A stretch of DNA of 64,000 nucleotides from Ruditapes philippinarum (Eukaryota). The stretch covers positions 310,001 through 374,000 of the forward strand of contig NW_026863843.1 in the NCBI RefSeq assembly GCF_026571515.1, in the 5' to 3' direction. Each line of letters starts with the position of its first letter. The first letter of the stretch is position 1. The notes under the pieces are model-generated. The model did not search any database and had not been told where the DNA came from. It saw only the letters and a list, made by a program, of their open reading frames with translations. This document shows positions 27,103-41,342 of the stretch, in pieces. Both the position numbers and the translations under genes were made by a program.

Positions 27103-27288
27103 GGTGGAGATGGATTATTACAATCACTTACTGCCACAAGTAGAAACATTGGTCTTCTTAAACTAGCCAGTCTACGCCTTGATGATGATATACGAAGCAA
27201 GAGTGCGGCCGCATCAATTGATGGTGGTATTATACGCCTCCGTAGACGCAAGTCTGATCACAGATGGACTCTCGGTGCTGCGTTCTAG
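27103..27288 (+). CDS. TEKTL1: CCDC105/TEKTL1 exon 6 (terminal)
   Basis: ttacag|GGDGLLQSL...IDGGIIRLRRRKSDHRWTLGAAF* (TAG), giving a 414-aa protein with all five introns in phase 0. Confidence 0.9.
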   Translation, partial: GGDGLLQSLTATSRNIGLLKLASLRLDDDIRSKSAAASIDGGIIRLRRRKSDHRWTLGAAF

Positions 27289-29659
27289 CAGTATAGGCAA
27301 CTCTGAAAAAACTTTTTTTGTATTATAAAACAAGTATTATATTGTTATCTTGCACTTGATGAAATCAAAATGTGGTTGTTTTTATACATTTCATGTGAAT
27401 CTGCACGCTTTCTGCATTAAATATTTATAGAGGTAATACGGTTGTATCAGTATTTTCTATTTTGTGATAAATTTTAAGCTTTTGATATCAGTATTACATG
27501 TTAAAGTTATAAATTAAGAAATGACGGGCATATATACTTTATACTGTAGTAGTATTATTGAGGCTGGAGGCACAATGAAAAGAACAGGTGGTTAAGATGT
27601 TTATATTTGACTTTGTTTCTTGTCAATGGTGGAAGGGTTTGTGATGCAAGTATTTTAATATAGATCTGATTTGTCAATTTTACAATTTGTTTATCATTGC
27701 ATGATCTGTTTATCATTGCATGATTTGTTTATCATTGATTAGTTTATCATTTAGGAATCATATCTGTGATCATTTTTAAATTGTGCTCATTTTTTCATAG
27801 ATGACTTTACACTTGTGCATTACTATAATATACTACAACTATACTTCTATCAGTTGAGAGGGAATAATCTAATCATTTACATTCAGACACCAGCTAGTAG
27901 TACACTGCAAAATATGTAATGAAATTCTCCATTTTTTTCTAATGCCAAAACAAATATGTTATGAAAAGTCAAAACTTTAAAAGAAAATAGTTATATTTAA
28001 CCACATACAATTTTTACATGTAAATATAAAAGTGTTATTAAAATTGATTAAGGTTACATGCACTGTCTGGTATTATTTATGTAGAAGTTATGTAATGATT
28101 ACATTACAGTATTTTTTTCCACAATGCAGTATTATTTATTTATTTGGATACACTTACTCCACATGTCTATAATATACATGATTATTTATTCAGAAGCTTA
28201 ATCAGTTACTACTGTAGCTCTCAGTAGTTTATTTATACATATAGGTTATACAACGTGAACAATGTTTATCGGTTATAATGTGACAGTACTTCATTAACTA
28301 AAACATTGTTACAGTGGAAGCATAGTATGTTGAATAAGGAGGAAAGAAATATCTTCTCATACTTTGATTGTTCAATCATGAATTTATTGCCTATCAATTT
28401 GTTCATCTATATATACATGTATTTTAATCTGAATATTTATTCAGTGCTCAATATAAAAATTAAAGTGCAGTTAGATTAAAAAAGAGCTCAGAAATTATCA
28501 ATCATATGTAAACAGTATAAAATATATGCACATATAAATAGATTTAATCATCTTTCTATAGATAATGTCAACTTATTTGAAATCAGCCACATTTTTTACT
28601 GTAAAACACACAAAAGTATGTAAAACACACAAAAGTATATTAACTGTCACACACTATATTTAAAATTTAGTCCATTAAATTAGAGTTGCAAATAATAAGA
28701 TACAAAGAAGCTAGTCATGTACATTAATCTGTTTGTTAATATCTAGGAATAACACACTTGTACATTATATCACAGTTAAATTGTCCCAGTATCATTGACA
28801 TGGGCTAATTAACACATTTCTGTGTGTTGTTGGAAATAAGCTAGAATATTTTCACATTTATGTTTCGTTTCAATACAAATGTAAAAGATTCTAGCATTTT
28901 TGATACCCAACTGACTGACCTTTATCTGTCAGAGGTCACAAAGGACCCAACAAATGTCAAGGACATCAATTATTGATTGGAAAACAGTCAATGTTGAAAA
29001 GGCAATGTAACAGTGATATAATTGTATTGTGCTGTAAATTTAAACAATTAACAATATAATCACTGCTCTGTACAAAGTTTAGATAGGCTACATTAAGGTA
29101 TTACATATATATAACTATACTAACTTTTTCTACAAACTAATGTTATAACATTATTACACCATTGAGGTATTACATTTTTTCTGTCAGTATTAGCTCACCG
29201 TTGACAAGGGTAGTATACAGTTTATCTTTAAACAATATACATGTACATGTATTCAACTGGGATTTCCAGTCTGTTTATAAAAGAGGAGAAACATATATTA
29301 GTACATTCTAGCTTATGATTTATTTAGAATGTAGATTTTATATCCTCATCAACAATTTGTTAACATAATTTATGTAAATTGGTTGTTTTACAACTTCATT
29401 TTCTATATTCTCAAAAAACAAGTCTATATTGGCTGTTACTGGAATGATTTAACAAATATGTTAAGTTTCTGAGGACTATGTCAAAGAGAAATTTTTTATC
29501 GTTGTTACATATTTTGTTGTTGTTTTTGTTGTTGATGATTTTTTGCACCAAGTTTATAAACAAACTGTCTGTGATACACACTCTATGCTTTATGTATTTT
29601 ATTAAGCAATCAACATTTATATAACATACCGGTACCATTGTCTGGTATTTATAAATTAA

Positions 29660-29873
29660 CACTTACCCTGCTGGAATTCTTGAATGGACTTGTCCAGTGT
29701 CCATAATGAAACTGTCCATTATCATTATTTTTGAGGATAATGAGTTCAAGATGAAAATTATTAGTTATCCACCGACAGTATAACACCTGGTCCGACTGCA
29801 GGGTTATACAGGCTGGCCTGGCTCTATACTGGTGGCAAAGGCACAAAGGCTTTTGGTTCCAGCAGGATAAGAG
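29660..29873. mobile_element. MITE flanked by TTAA (piggyBac-like)
   Basis: TTAA-CACTTACCCTGCTGGAA ... TTCCAGCAGGATAAGAG-TTAA. More decayed relatives lie near 3700-3905 and 11080-11225. Confidence 0.7.
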
Positions 29874-31748
29874 TTAAATGTTTTGATCAATCATCAATTG
29901 TCAATATTTTACAGGTACATGTACATTGAACCCATGCTTGTATCTGTATTGTTTGTATACCATCACCCAATTATACCAGGTTTTTATAACTCAATTTTAC
30001 ATCACTCAGATTTTTTTAAAAAGTTTTAAAATTAATATACATAAATTTATCTTATATTGTCAGTGACAAACCAGAATATGCCTTGCATATAACATGACCA
30101 TAGTACATAACAGCTCAATACTTCGCTCACTTTTCAGTATTAATACATAGGTATCCCTCATAGTAAGGAATGATACATTTTTGTTGATTTTTATAGCGAC
30201 ACATTTTTCTTATTGACTGTAATTATCAAATTCTATTAACATTATACAGAATTACACATATTTTATTTCTTATGACACAATCAGTTTCTTGTTCATTTGT
30301 TTCGTGGTCATCCAAGTTCATTTGTTAACTTGAGGTTTACTGTGCATGGGTTTATTATTGCTTTGAACTGCCTCCTCTTTCATGGGTGTATGTAACTTTT
30401 TGTGACAATAGATATAGGTATCAAATTGTTAACATAGTCATGAATTTGTTCATTCCTGAGCCTTAGGTTGACCCTTAACTTGCTAGATCTAAAGTTGATG
30501 ATTATTGATAAGTTACCCAGGAAAGTCGATCAGGTGTACTGACAGTCGAAAAAAATCTTCTTTAAAACAAAAAAGTTAGAATCAAATGTGATAATCCTTT
30601 TGCACATTTATAATGAAGTCTAACCAGGCACTTTATTGATGCCAGCTTATTTTTTTGTATTTTTTAAAGGAAATTCCTTACACTTCAACTAGACTGTTCC
30701 AAATTCAAAGCATGGCATGTCCAATATATAAATTTAGCAGGTTAATAGATTTAAGGCTGAAAACCAGTCTGAGCTCACATATGAAATTTACTTATAGAAG
30801 AGTTGTATTTCTTGACTGGTCTCTTTTCTACATAGATGTAACATTGAAGTGAGGACTAGCTGATTGTTATAGATTCACTTTGTTGCTGATGTATTATCAA
30901 ACATTATGAGTGCTTAATAAATACTGAAAAAAATATCGGGCTTGTTTTGCTTTTATTTTAAAGTTTATCTGAAAATGATACAGTGTATGTGTGCAGCATA
31001 CTAAAATGTTATTCTTTTGGTCTGAAAATTGTATGTACTGTATAGTCACAAATGAACCATAAAAAAATGTTTGTTAGCAATTTTAATATTTTTATAAATT
31101 AAAAGTAAAATGAATAAAGTCTTAAGCAGGAAATAATACACAGAAGTCACATGGCATTCAGCCAGTAATCAACCTCTGGAACACTGCTAACCACTACCCC
31201 CTACCCTTCTTTTTTAATTCTTAGTGGCCTATCTATATCTGATATTTTCCTATATATATCATAATAATATAAGAAAGATGCCCAGCTAATTATCAAGACT
31301 GTTAACTGGCATTATTAAATAACTATACGTTATAAGTCCTATAAAAAAAAACACCTGCCACGTTCAATAACACGATGACCTGCCTTAAAACAGGGCCAAT
31401 ATCTATATCACTTTTTCGGCCCCGGGCTGAAAAGTGATATAGATATTAAGCCCGCATTTGAAGTAATTTGATTGGCTAATAAAGCAGGGCCAAAAAATGA
31501 TATAGATATCTGCAAGAAACTAGGAAATGGCAGCCATTTTGTTTTAACTCGGTCTATGTGTAGACGCCGACAGGTTGCATAAATGAAACAAAATATTCTC
31601 AGTTTCTAAACATTCACAGTCACATTTTGTTGAACATGTACAATATAAGTTACAAAATGTAGGTTTTCCATACAAACTGATAAAATGTAGTTATTTTTAC
31701 AGTTGTTCTTTGTTATAATTAAAATATGTTAGAATTGAATTAAGAAGA

Positions 31749-33622
31749 ACTAGAACTATCACTAAATGTGATTAATACCCCCACAAGTCTGCTTCGGAAA
31801 TGAGGATGTTACTAGTAACAGAATACCTTGTAATAGAATTGAAACATAGAGTTATGGTTGTGGGCAATTAAAGATAATTGTGGTTCATGTATGTTATTTC
31901 CTTTCAATGTGGTTGGCCATTGATGAAGTTTAATTGAATTACTCTGTAATAAGTCCAGAAAGACAAAGAAAAAGAACAAAGGGCAATAACTCTATAAATA
32001 CTGAAGATAGAGTTATAGTTCTTGTGCACTGCACTTCCTCTTATTGTGCTTGACCATTGTATGAAGTTGTACTGAATTCCAAACAGTATTTTTCAAGTTA
32101 TGCTCTGGACAAGGAAAAGTAACAAAGGGCAATAACTTTGTAATTAGTCAAGATGGAGTTATGGTTCTTGTGCACTGCACTTCCCCTTATTGTGCTTGAC
32201 CATTGTATGAAGTTGTTTTGAATTCCAACCAGTAGTTTTCAAGTCATGCTCTGGACAAGGAAAAGTAACAAAGGGCAGTAACTCTGTAATTAGTCAAGAT
32301 GGAGTTATGGTTCTTATGCACTGCACTTCCTCTCAATGTGCTTGACCATTGTATGAAGTTATAATGAATTCCAACAATAAGTCTTCAAGTTATGGTCTGG
32401 ACAAAAGAAAGCAATGGAAAAGTAACAAAGGGCAATAACTATGTAATTAGTCAAGATGGAGTTATGGTTCTTGAGCACTGCACTTCCTCTCATTGTGCTT
32501 GGCCATTGTATGAAGCTGTTTTGAATTCCAACCAGTAGTTTTAAAGTCATGCTCTGGACAAGGAAAAGAAACAAAGGGCAGTTACTCTGTAATAAGTCAA
32601 AATGGAGTTATGGTTCTTGTGCACTGCACTTCCTCTCAATGTGCTGGACCATTGTATGAAGTTATAATGAATTGCAACAATTAGTCTTCAAGTTATGGTC
32701 CGGACAAAAGAAAGCAATGGAAAAGTAATAAAGGGCAATAACTGTGTAATTACTTTAGATAGAGTTATGGTTCTTATGCACTGCACTTCCTCTCAATGTG
32801 CTTGACCATTGTATGTAGTTATATTGAATTCCAACCATTAGTCTTCAAGTTATGGTCGGGACAAAAAAAAAAAAAGGCAATGGAAAAGCAACAAAGGGCA
32901 ATAACTCTGTAATTACTTTAGATAGAGTTATGGTTCTTGTGCACTGCACTTCCCCTTATTGTGTTTGACAATTGTATGAAGTTGTTTTGAATTCCAACCA
33001 GTAGTTTTCAAGTTATGCCACGGACAAGGAAACGTAACAAAGGGCAATAACTCTGTAATTAGTCAAGATAGAGTTATGTTTCTTACGCACTGCACTTCCT
33101 CTCAATGTGCTTGACCATTGTATGTAGTTATATTGAATTCTAACCATTAGTCTTCAAGTTATGCTCCGGACAAGGAAAATGCAACGGACAAAAAAAAAAG
33201 CAATGGAAAAGCAACAAAGGGCAATAACTATGTAATTACTTTAGATAGAGTTATGGTTCTTGTGCACTGCACTTCCCCTTATTGTGTTTGACAATTGTAT
33301 GAAGTTGTTTTGAATTCCAACCAGTAGTTTTCAAGTTATGCCCCGGACAAGGAAAAGTAACAAAGGGCAATAACTCTGTAATTAGTCAAGATAGAGTTAT
33401 GGTTCTTGTGCACTGCACTTCCTCTCAATGTGCTTGACTATTGTATGTAGTTATATTGAATTCCAACCAGTAGTTTTCAAGTTATGCTCCGGACAAGGAA
33501 AATGCAACGGACGTCTGGACCGACCGACAGACCGACCGCCCGACCGACCAACCGACCGACCGACCGACCGACCACCGGGTGACTCCTATATACCCCCCCA
33601 AACTTCGTTTTTGGGGGTATAA
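31749..33622 (+). mobile_element. Satellite-carrying non-autonomous element (pearl/DTC84/Helentron-associated type) with about 10 monomers of ~146-177 bp
   Basis: Head AATACCCCC, tandem monomers AAGGGCAATAACTCTG...GAGTTATGGTTCTTGTGCACTGCAC, (GACC)n microsatellite at about 33517-33573, terminal hairpin ATACCCCC...GGGGGTAT. Confidence 0.85.
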
Positions 33623-33682
33623 ATATCCGAGGATTAAATATGAAATATAATAAGTACATGTAGTTATTTAATAAAATTGTCA

Positions 33683-33816
33683 ATAAATAAGTGGTTTGAT
33701 ATTGGCCCTGTTATTTGTCCTCGGGTCAGTCGTAGTGGCCCTCGGCCTTCGGCCTTGGGCCAATACGACTGCCCTCGGACAAATAACAGGGCCAATATCA
33801 AATCACTTATTTATTA
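33683..33816. mobile_element. Long hairpin end of a non-autonomous element (Crypton-like, tentative)
   Basis: Inverted arms AATAAATAAGTGGTTTGATATTGGCCCTGTTATTTGTCC / GGACAAATAACAGGGCCAATATCAAATCACTTATTTATT. Motif CAGGGCCAATATC recurs at 31391. Confidence 0.65.
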
Positions 33817-34788
33817 ACATAAATTACGGTCATGATTACATTTTTTTTTAGTACAATTACCAATATTTACATAGCAAAAACATCTATAAGGCCACTACCC
33901 CAAAAGAATAGTAAATGTGAAATATGACTACTGCACTTAAAATCTTATGACTGCCCTGACCTTAATGACCAGAATGTCTAAATTACAGAGACACCAGCAG
34001 ATTTAATGGATTATAAGTGACACCACATCAAGGTGAAAACATTTGTTTTTTAACAGATGACAGGACCATTTATTTTAGGCAGTTATTGAATAAGTTGATA
34101 CCTAAAATCATTTAAAGCAGAAGATTGACTTTTTGCCTTTGTTCATTCTATTAAAATACATGCTACATTACATGAATGTCACATTGGCTTCATGTCTTAC
34201 TTAAAGCTGCAAATTCACTGTTCAGGCTTATATTAATGTATGATGTACTCACTTTGCCAGAATAAATTAGACTCCCACACACAAGCAGAAAATGTGAGTG
34301 GATACAACAAATAAATACCAAGGATGAGGGAACCTAATACCTCAATTTTTGTAAACAGCACTAAGTCTTTGAACAATGTAAATTACTGTTCTAAAGTTTC
34401 AAAGTTCATTTAGTTCTTATAAAAATATTTTTTCAGACAGTGTTATATATGAATTATTAATAGTAGTAAAATGGACATCACCTCTGTGCAACCCCATTTA
34501 AATAACAATCAAAATTATTTGAATAATCTTCATGGATCATTTCTGTGAAATAATATCAAAATAAACTAAACATTTTTTCTTAGTTTTTCTGTACATACAT
34601 TAAAAGGGAAAAATCTGACAAACACAGTTTTCAATAAGATCATTTTTTCTGTTGGGTTCTGCATTCAATGGAGTTTTTTTAACATTTGGTAAAATAAAGA
34701 ACATTAGTATATTCAGTTTTCAAGATACTGTTTTAGTGGTTTCGTTGACGAGTTTATGGATAAAATCATGAATACATGTATATGAGTT

Positions 34789-35101
34789 AATCACTGTTTC
34801 TCTAGAACATACCTAAATCACTGTTTCACTAGAACATACCTCAATCACTGTTTCTCTAGGACATACCTAAATCACTGTTTCTCTAGAACATACCTAAATC
34901 ACTGTTTCTCTAGAACATACCTCAATCACTGTTTCTCTAGAACATACCTCAATCACTGTTTCTCTAGAACATACCTCAATCACTGTTTCTCTAGAACATA
35001 CCTAAATCACTGTTTCACTAGAACATACCTCAATCACTGTTTCTCTAGGACATACCTAAATCACTGTTTCTCTAGAACATACCTAAATCACTGTTTCTCT
35101 A
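34789..35101. repeat. 27-bp minisatellite, about 11.5 copies
   Basis: Unit AATCACTGTTTCTCTAGAACATACCT(A/C). Confidence 0.97.
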
Positions 35102-36299
35102 AACAATACAAATAAGAGACAGACTTGAACACAGTTCATAGTTGTTTTATTTATTTCATATATCTTATACATCATTCATGCTACACAACATAAACTTGAA
35201 ATGTAAGAATAATAATTTATAACAATAAAATCATATTGCAACAAAAAATCATATCAACTGTAAATGTCACTTATCTACCTACACTGATATTCATAAAACA
35301 TTTGACACTAAATAAAATATACATACAAAGCTTTGGAAAGTGGTGCACATGAGTTACTTAACTTGTATTTCTTATTTTTGCAATAAATTTGAGAAATATG
35401 CCTGTTTCTAGTTTTTCCAATTCATGATATGATATCTACTTGTTAAAAATATTATATTTGTCTACTGCAGCATACCATTTGTAAAAGTTGTTATCTCTTG
35501 CTACAATATTTTATAATTCTTTCCAAAAATGTATCATAAAAATATAAATTTTCACCTTCTTATAAGTTTCAGATTTAATGAAAATCAAATGAAAATGTTA
35601 TAACGCATCTCATAGATGCATATGCCCCTGTAGAAATCATATCAATTAATATACATGTAGGTAAGTGACATATTTAACTTTTCCTATGGACATTTTGTTT
35701 TATCTGTGGTTAAAAATAACCATGATAGAAACAAATATGGCTTAATTTTTATGCCAAGATCTTTATAAATGCCAATTCAAACTGTAAGGATGCCAAGTTA
35801 CTAAAGTTATAATTTCTTTCTTTTGATTACAGTGTAGAGTTTTCCAGCACACCATTAAAATGCTGACAACCAGATGACTTTGAACAAGTTTACCATTTGT
35901 TCAAATGAACAACATATATTATATAGTGATGCCATAGAACTGTGCAATAATAAACCTAATAATGGTTAATTCTGGGATAAAAACACAATAAGAAATATAC
36001 ATAAAAGAAAATAATTTAAACATATTGTACATACACATTGTTGAATACACAAATTAATTTCAAACTAATACATATAGTCATTCAGTCGTAAACACTCAAT
36101 CTACATTATAAGCTAACCACAGTATGTGTTTTTTTAAGTTTATTTGCTGTGAAACAAGAAATTTTATAGATTTTTTTTACTCGGACATTGCTGTAAGTAA
36201 AAATATGTCTTTCTAATTCTTTTGATAGAAATATGTTAAGTTGTAGACTATCAAATATATTAGAAATTTCACTGCTGAGATGCATAGAAACAATATACT

Positions 36300-36622
36300 A
36301 AATAGAGGATATTAAATGAGTGTAAGTTCAATACTGAATTTATTGCACGAGTTGGATAATATTATTTTATTCAACGAGTGCAATAAATTCAGTAATGAAC
36401 ATACACGAATTTAATATTCTATTTATCACATACCCAAAATAAAGACCGTTTAAAGTGAAATAAGAGTCATTTTTCATTGACGCGCCTATAGTATAACGCT
36501 AACATTTAGCGCGTCTTTACTCTTTGTTTTTATAACGCTAATGACGTCACGTCAAAATATATGCACGGCCGTGCAATACCATATTTACGGAGTCGCAAAA
36601 TCGGCACGGGTGTGTGATAAAA
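36300..36622. mobile_element. Hairpin-bearing non-autonomous element (Crypton-like, tentative)
   Basis: Starts AATAGAGGATATT, has an internal inverted repeat (about 36301-36424) and a CpG-rich tail ending GTGTGATAAA. Same architecture as 53566-53968. Confidence 0.6.
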
Positions 36623-39600
36623 GTAAAGACACAGTATATGGGACAGAGACTTTGTTTATATCCCAAAATTCCAAGTTTTGTTTAACACTGTTAAACAGCT
36701 TACAAAAGATGGCCCGTTTCATTTTTTTAAAACAATGCTACAAAAAAGTTTCATTTGGCACAATATCTTTCATAATTGTTACTTACCCTTACCACCAAGA
36801 CCCTGTTCTAACATGTAAGGATATGATGGAAAGATGAATTTGTTCCAGTAAATAAACATGCCAACTTACTTTAGAAAACACCTTTATGTTTATGTAATTT
36901 ATTGTGAAGCAATAGATGGCAGATAGAAAACGCATGGTGCTCACAAATTTACACAGAAATTCACATAATTAAACAGACCAGTGAAGCCTTGTGCTAGCAC
37001 TTTTGTCAATATACTAGAATAATTCAGCATATCAATTATCATATAAGCATCTACAGGACACAGATGAGTGATAGTAAATTCAACAGAAGCTCATTAATTT
37101 TGAAACATAAACCTATGGTGAAGAAATAAACAAAACCTAAAGATAAATGTGGGAATCTGTGAGTACTGACAAAATACATTCCTCTTATTCCAGTTCAACA
37201 AGGTCAAAAAATTACCTACTTCAAAACATGTTATTAAAATAAAAGTGCTTCAGCAAAAACATACAATATCATGAAAGAGCTATTTAATGCCATACATTGT
37301 ATGACACTGTCCATAAAAAGATGACATTTTTATTAAATCATTATGTTGAAAATCAGTCTTGATTTTAGGTAGAGTTAAAAACAGCATGCCTCCAGATTTG
37401 TGTAAATTTTTATGTGATCTAATGAATTGTTGTTTGTACAAATAGTTATTTTACCAAACCTAAGACATCATCGACAAAAACACTTTAAATTGCCAAAAAA
37501 AATGCATAAGTTTCATATTTTGCATTATGCATTCAAATTTTTGCTTCCAACATGAATAATAAACATTTCTTAAAATTTTCCTCTGTTTTAAAATAATTTG
37601 CTCCTACCTTGTACAATATTGCACTTGAAAAATGCGTATAGTCTGTATTTATAAGGTTTTGTTGCATATTAACATTGAAGTATGGTTTTCACTTTAAATA
37701 TAATCATAATGTGTGATCAAGATCTTTTCTAGAATGAAATCGTAAAAATAACCAATATTTTTACAAGAAACATTTGCCTTCCACTGTAAACAAAGTTAAA
37801 GTTCACACTAACACTTCATGTGACATAAAACAGTCTTGTTCTCAAACCCAGAAATTATTTTTGTACAAAAAAGTACTAGGCATCAAATGATATAACTTAG
37901 ACTAAATTTATCCATTAGTATATACAAGTGGTCCCATATGAAAACACGTCTTGAAAAGCTTATTCTAACATGAAGGAAAACAATATTACTATCTTACATG
38001 TATGTAGTTAAAATGTTCTATGCAAAAATATCTGTCACAATTCAAATCTAACACTCACTAATATCACAAGCCCACAGTTGGCCTATCTGCTATGGATTTC
38101 TTGAAGAAAACATATTTTCTGAACAAACATGTAAGAGTTATAATATTCGAGTATAGACTTGACCAATGCTAGCTGCAGGCTTGATTATTTTAATGAAAGC
38201 TGTAAACTTGTCAAATCACTCTAACATTCCTATGATAAACAGTACTGTTGTTATATGATAATACAATACTATAACCTATGGCAGGTTGAAATACTCTTGA
38301 TAAAGAAGCCAACCTGTTTACATGATGTCTAGATCTCCTATAGCAACAACGATGCCTAGTTAAACACCTATCACCCTGTTTGTATACACTCTTGTTATCT
38401 TATATCATCTTAGGCTCTAGAACTTACTTAGTCTCCTACATAGTCACCATGTGACGAGGCTGTACCATCTTATGTTTTGTATAATTTGATCAGGTGACAA
38501 TATTTACTACAACCTTTCACAACACACATTATAGCAGCTCCAAACCTATATAATACACTGCTATAAGATGTGCACTAAGTTAAAAATATGCTCATTCAAA
38601 CACACACATACACGTACATTTACAACATGTTTTCTTTATCAGTCATAAATACAACACCTTATTTGTATGTACATTAATAATTAAACATATAAAATGCATA
38701 CCCTCAATTCAAAGCACACTTATATTCATCTAGAAACTATTATCAAAGTGACATTAACATGGAATGATGTAATCATAAATTCTCATTCTCAAGAATGAAA
38801 ATAAACCGTCAATACAGTTTTTTTGTCTTTAGAAACGAACCCCTTAACATAGTGTAATACGTTGGACATGTTCAGTTTTTTTAAAGTAAATATTTGTAGC
38901 ATATAAATTATATATGTGAACCCTAGGAATATATGTACCTACGTTTGGAGGACACATCAACAGATATAAATGATATTGCTGTTCTGAGATACCAAGGTCT
39001 TAATATGTAGATAAAATTCTATTTTACTTCCATTCAAATCATATATCATTAAAAAGTTCTAATCTAGAACATAGTATCTTGATGTCACTTGATGGTTTTA
39101 GTAATAAGTATATAGTGACTAGCCCAAACCTGTTGGTTTTAGCACAGAACACAAGAAATTGCAAGCGCTATTAAAACTATTCTATGAAAATAACCTGTAA
39201 GTAACTAGCACTTACATTAGTTACATACTAAAATAAAATAGTGTCGCACTGCACAAGAGTAAAAAGTATCTTTCCTATTGTTTTTTATACATTTTCATCA
39301 CATATTTCTATTCTAGCTACAATACCCCATTTCAATATCATAAAATCTTCATTATTTTCTAGTAACTTTTTAAGATGTTAGTATTTGAATAATCTTTTTC
39401 ATTTTAGTTTTTTGAATTGTTCACAATATCTCATCAACATCATTGTCTTACCAAATCTTTTAACAATGTAAATTAATTGTTCAAACAAGCCGTAATAAAT
39501 CAAATTCTTCTTAAAATAAAGTATAACAGAATACAGTCTACCACCTCTGTAACCTGTGTGTGAACAATTTTCCATATATGTCATAACTTGTACACAAGAG

Positions 39601-39666
39601 TTAGTGTGTAGACATATAGACTGTACAATGTTGAGTATAATGTAAGATAATGTTAGAAGTTTAACA

Positions 39667-39772
39667 TCAACACTGGCACTGTTTCTCCGTTGCCTGCTGG
39701 TCAGTATTGAGGGCATTACGAGGAGTGGCTGGTTTATGCTGGACACCGGACTCCGCAGCGTTTAAATCCAAA
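39667..39772 (-). CDS. RAB14: Rab14 coding exon 8 (terminal, CXC prenylation motif)
   Basis: (S)LDLNAAESGVQHKP...EKQCQC* after acceptor tttcag. Confidence 0.95.
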
Positions 39773-40453
39773 CTGAAATACAAAATGATCTTACATGTAA
39801 ATATCCCAGAGATCTTTTTTAACGTTTATTTAATTTCTAATGTATGAAGTGTTAAGCAAAGCAAAACTTTTTTGAGAAACGAGTGGTTAAGGTTGTTGAG
39901 TTATTTTAGTTCACAATTTTCTCATGGCATATTGTAACAATCAAACCTGTCTTAAGATTTGAACTTTTATTAAAATGCAAAAACAGTTTTGATGTCTTTA
40001 TCTCAGACAAATAAATTGACAATTTAGAAAAAAAATACTAAGAGTCCAACAAATACCCCCAAGAGTTTCAGATTAAAAAGATTATCAGTAATTTCGTTTG
40101 ATTACCTTTACTGATTATGAACTTAAGACATTAATCAAGCAAATATTCAAACCAAGTTTCATCACAACTTCTAATGTTGAAAGTGTTTCTCATGTAAACA
40201 TAATTATGACCATGTAAACTGACTATATATTTCATCAAGAAAAACAATTAGATTGTGTTTTATTTGATTTGCCTAACAACCTATTTCTTTAAAGATCATT
40301 ATATCTTCATAAATACTTTAAACTTAATTATTTTCATTAAAATAATCTACTTATATGAAAATGCCAACAAAATTCAAGAAATAAATGAGAATTGCAAAAA
40401 CAATATTCCTTTTTCTAAAGGTTAGAAGAATTAAGAAGCTGCAGACAGCTTAC

Positions 40454-40522
40454 CTGCCATCCTGTATATTTTGGTAAATTTTCTTGGCTGTGTCTAAAAA
40501 GGCGTCTTCAACATTGTCACCT
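40454..40522 (-). CDS. RAB14: Rab14 coding exon 7
   Basis: [22 protein letters not shown], bounded by ag/gtaagc. Confidence 0.95.
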
Positions 40523-40940
40523 CTGAAAATCACAACAAATTTTAATATATCTCACATAAGCAACATTTGTAAATCAACCAGAATAATTTTCAGCAATACA
40601 GTTATAGCAATATTTTGAACAGATGTTTGTAGCTCTTATGAAATTTTGAACTAAACATACATGGAAACATTAAAACGAATGATATGCGTCATTTTTATTT
40701 TGTTGGTTTATGTGACACTGACACTATAATGGTCATATGGCGACTCTAGAAGTATTGTACATGTACAGCTATTACCGTAACAACTAAAAGCATGAGAAAA
40801 TTATTGTCAATACCTTCTCTATAATATTTCTTATCATGAGAAAGAAAAAAAGTTCACTATTTTGTAAACAAATTCAAATCAATTTTATAGTTATATTTAT
40901 TACAATTTTCTTTGTGAATATTACAAATAGAAATACATAC

Positions 40941-40971
40941 GTTTTCGCACTGCACTCCAAAAACATCAAAC
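40941..40971 (-). CDS. RAB14: Rab14 coding exon 6 (31 nt, G5 box)
   Basis: (G)LMFLECSAK(T), bounded by ag/gtatgt. Confidence 0.93.
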
Positions 40972-41342
40972 CTGTAAAATTTAGATAGACTATAAAAGAG
41001 GATTCTAATAAATACCTTATACAATATTCTTGTTAGTAAAGGTAAATAAAACTTTAACTTGATTATTTTTTCTTCTACAATTAACTTACTGAAGTCAATA
41101 AATCTAAGAAAATAACACTCCTATATCACACCTGAGCAGAACCTTCTTTCCTGAGCTAGCTTGATAGCTTTCTGACATGAAGGAATCTACTATCCCAGAC
41201 AGAATTTAAAACCCTCAGGTTTGAGTGGCAAGTGACATGAGGTAAGAATCTAAAACCTAAAACTGACTAAATAATAAAGTAAATATGAACACCATAGATC
41301 TACTATAATGTAACATTCTGTTATTGAAACTACTTCCTCAAA

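Noticed and set aside
26943-27251. Minus-strand 102-aa ORF
   Set aside because: Antisense shadow of TEKTL1 exon 6
34789-35101. CRISPR-like appearance of the 27-bp array (also the 39-bp and 53-bp arrays)
   Set aside because: Units abut with no unique spacers, there are no cas genes, and the context is eukaryotic
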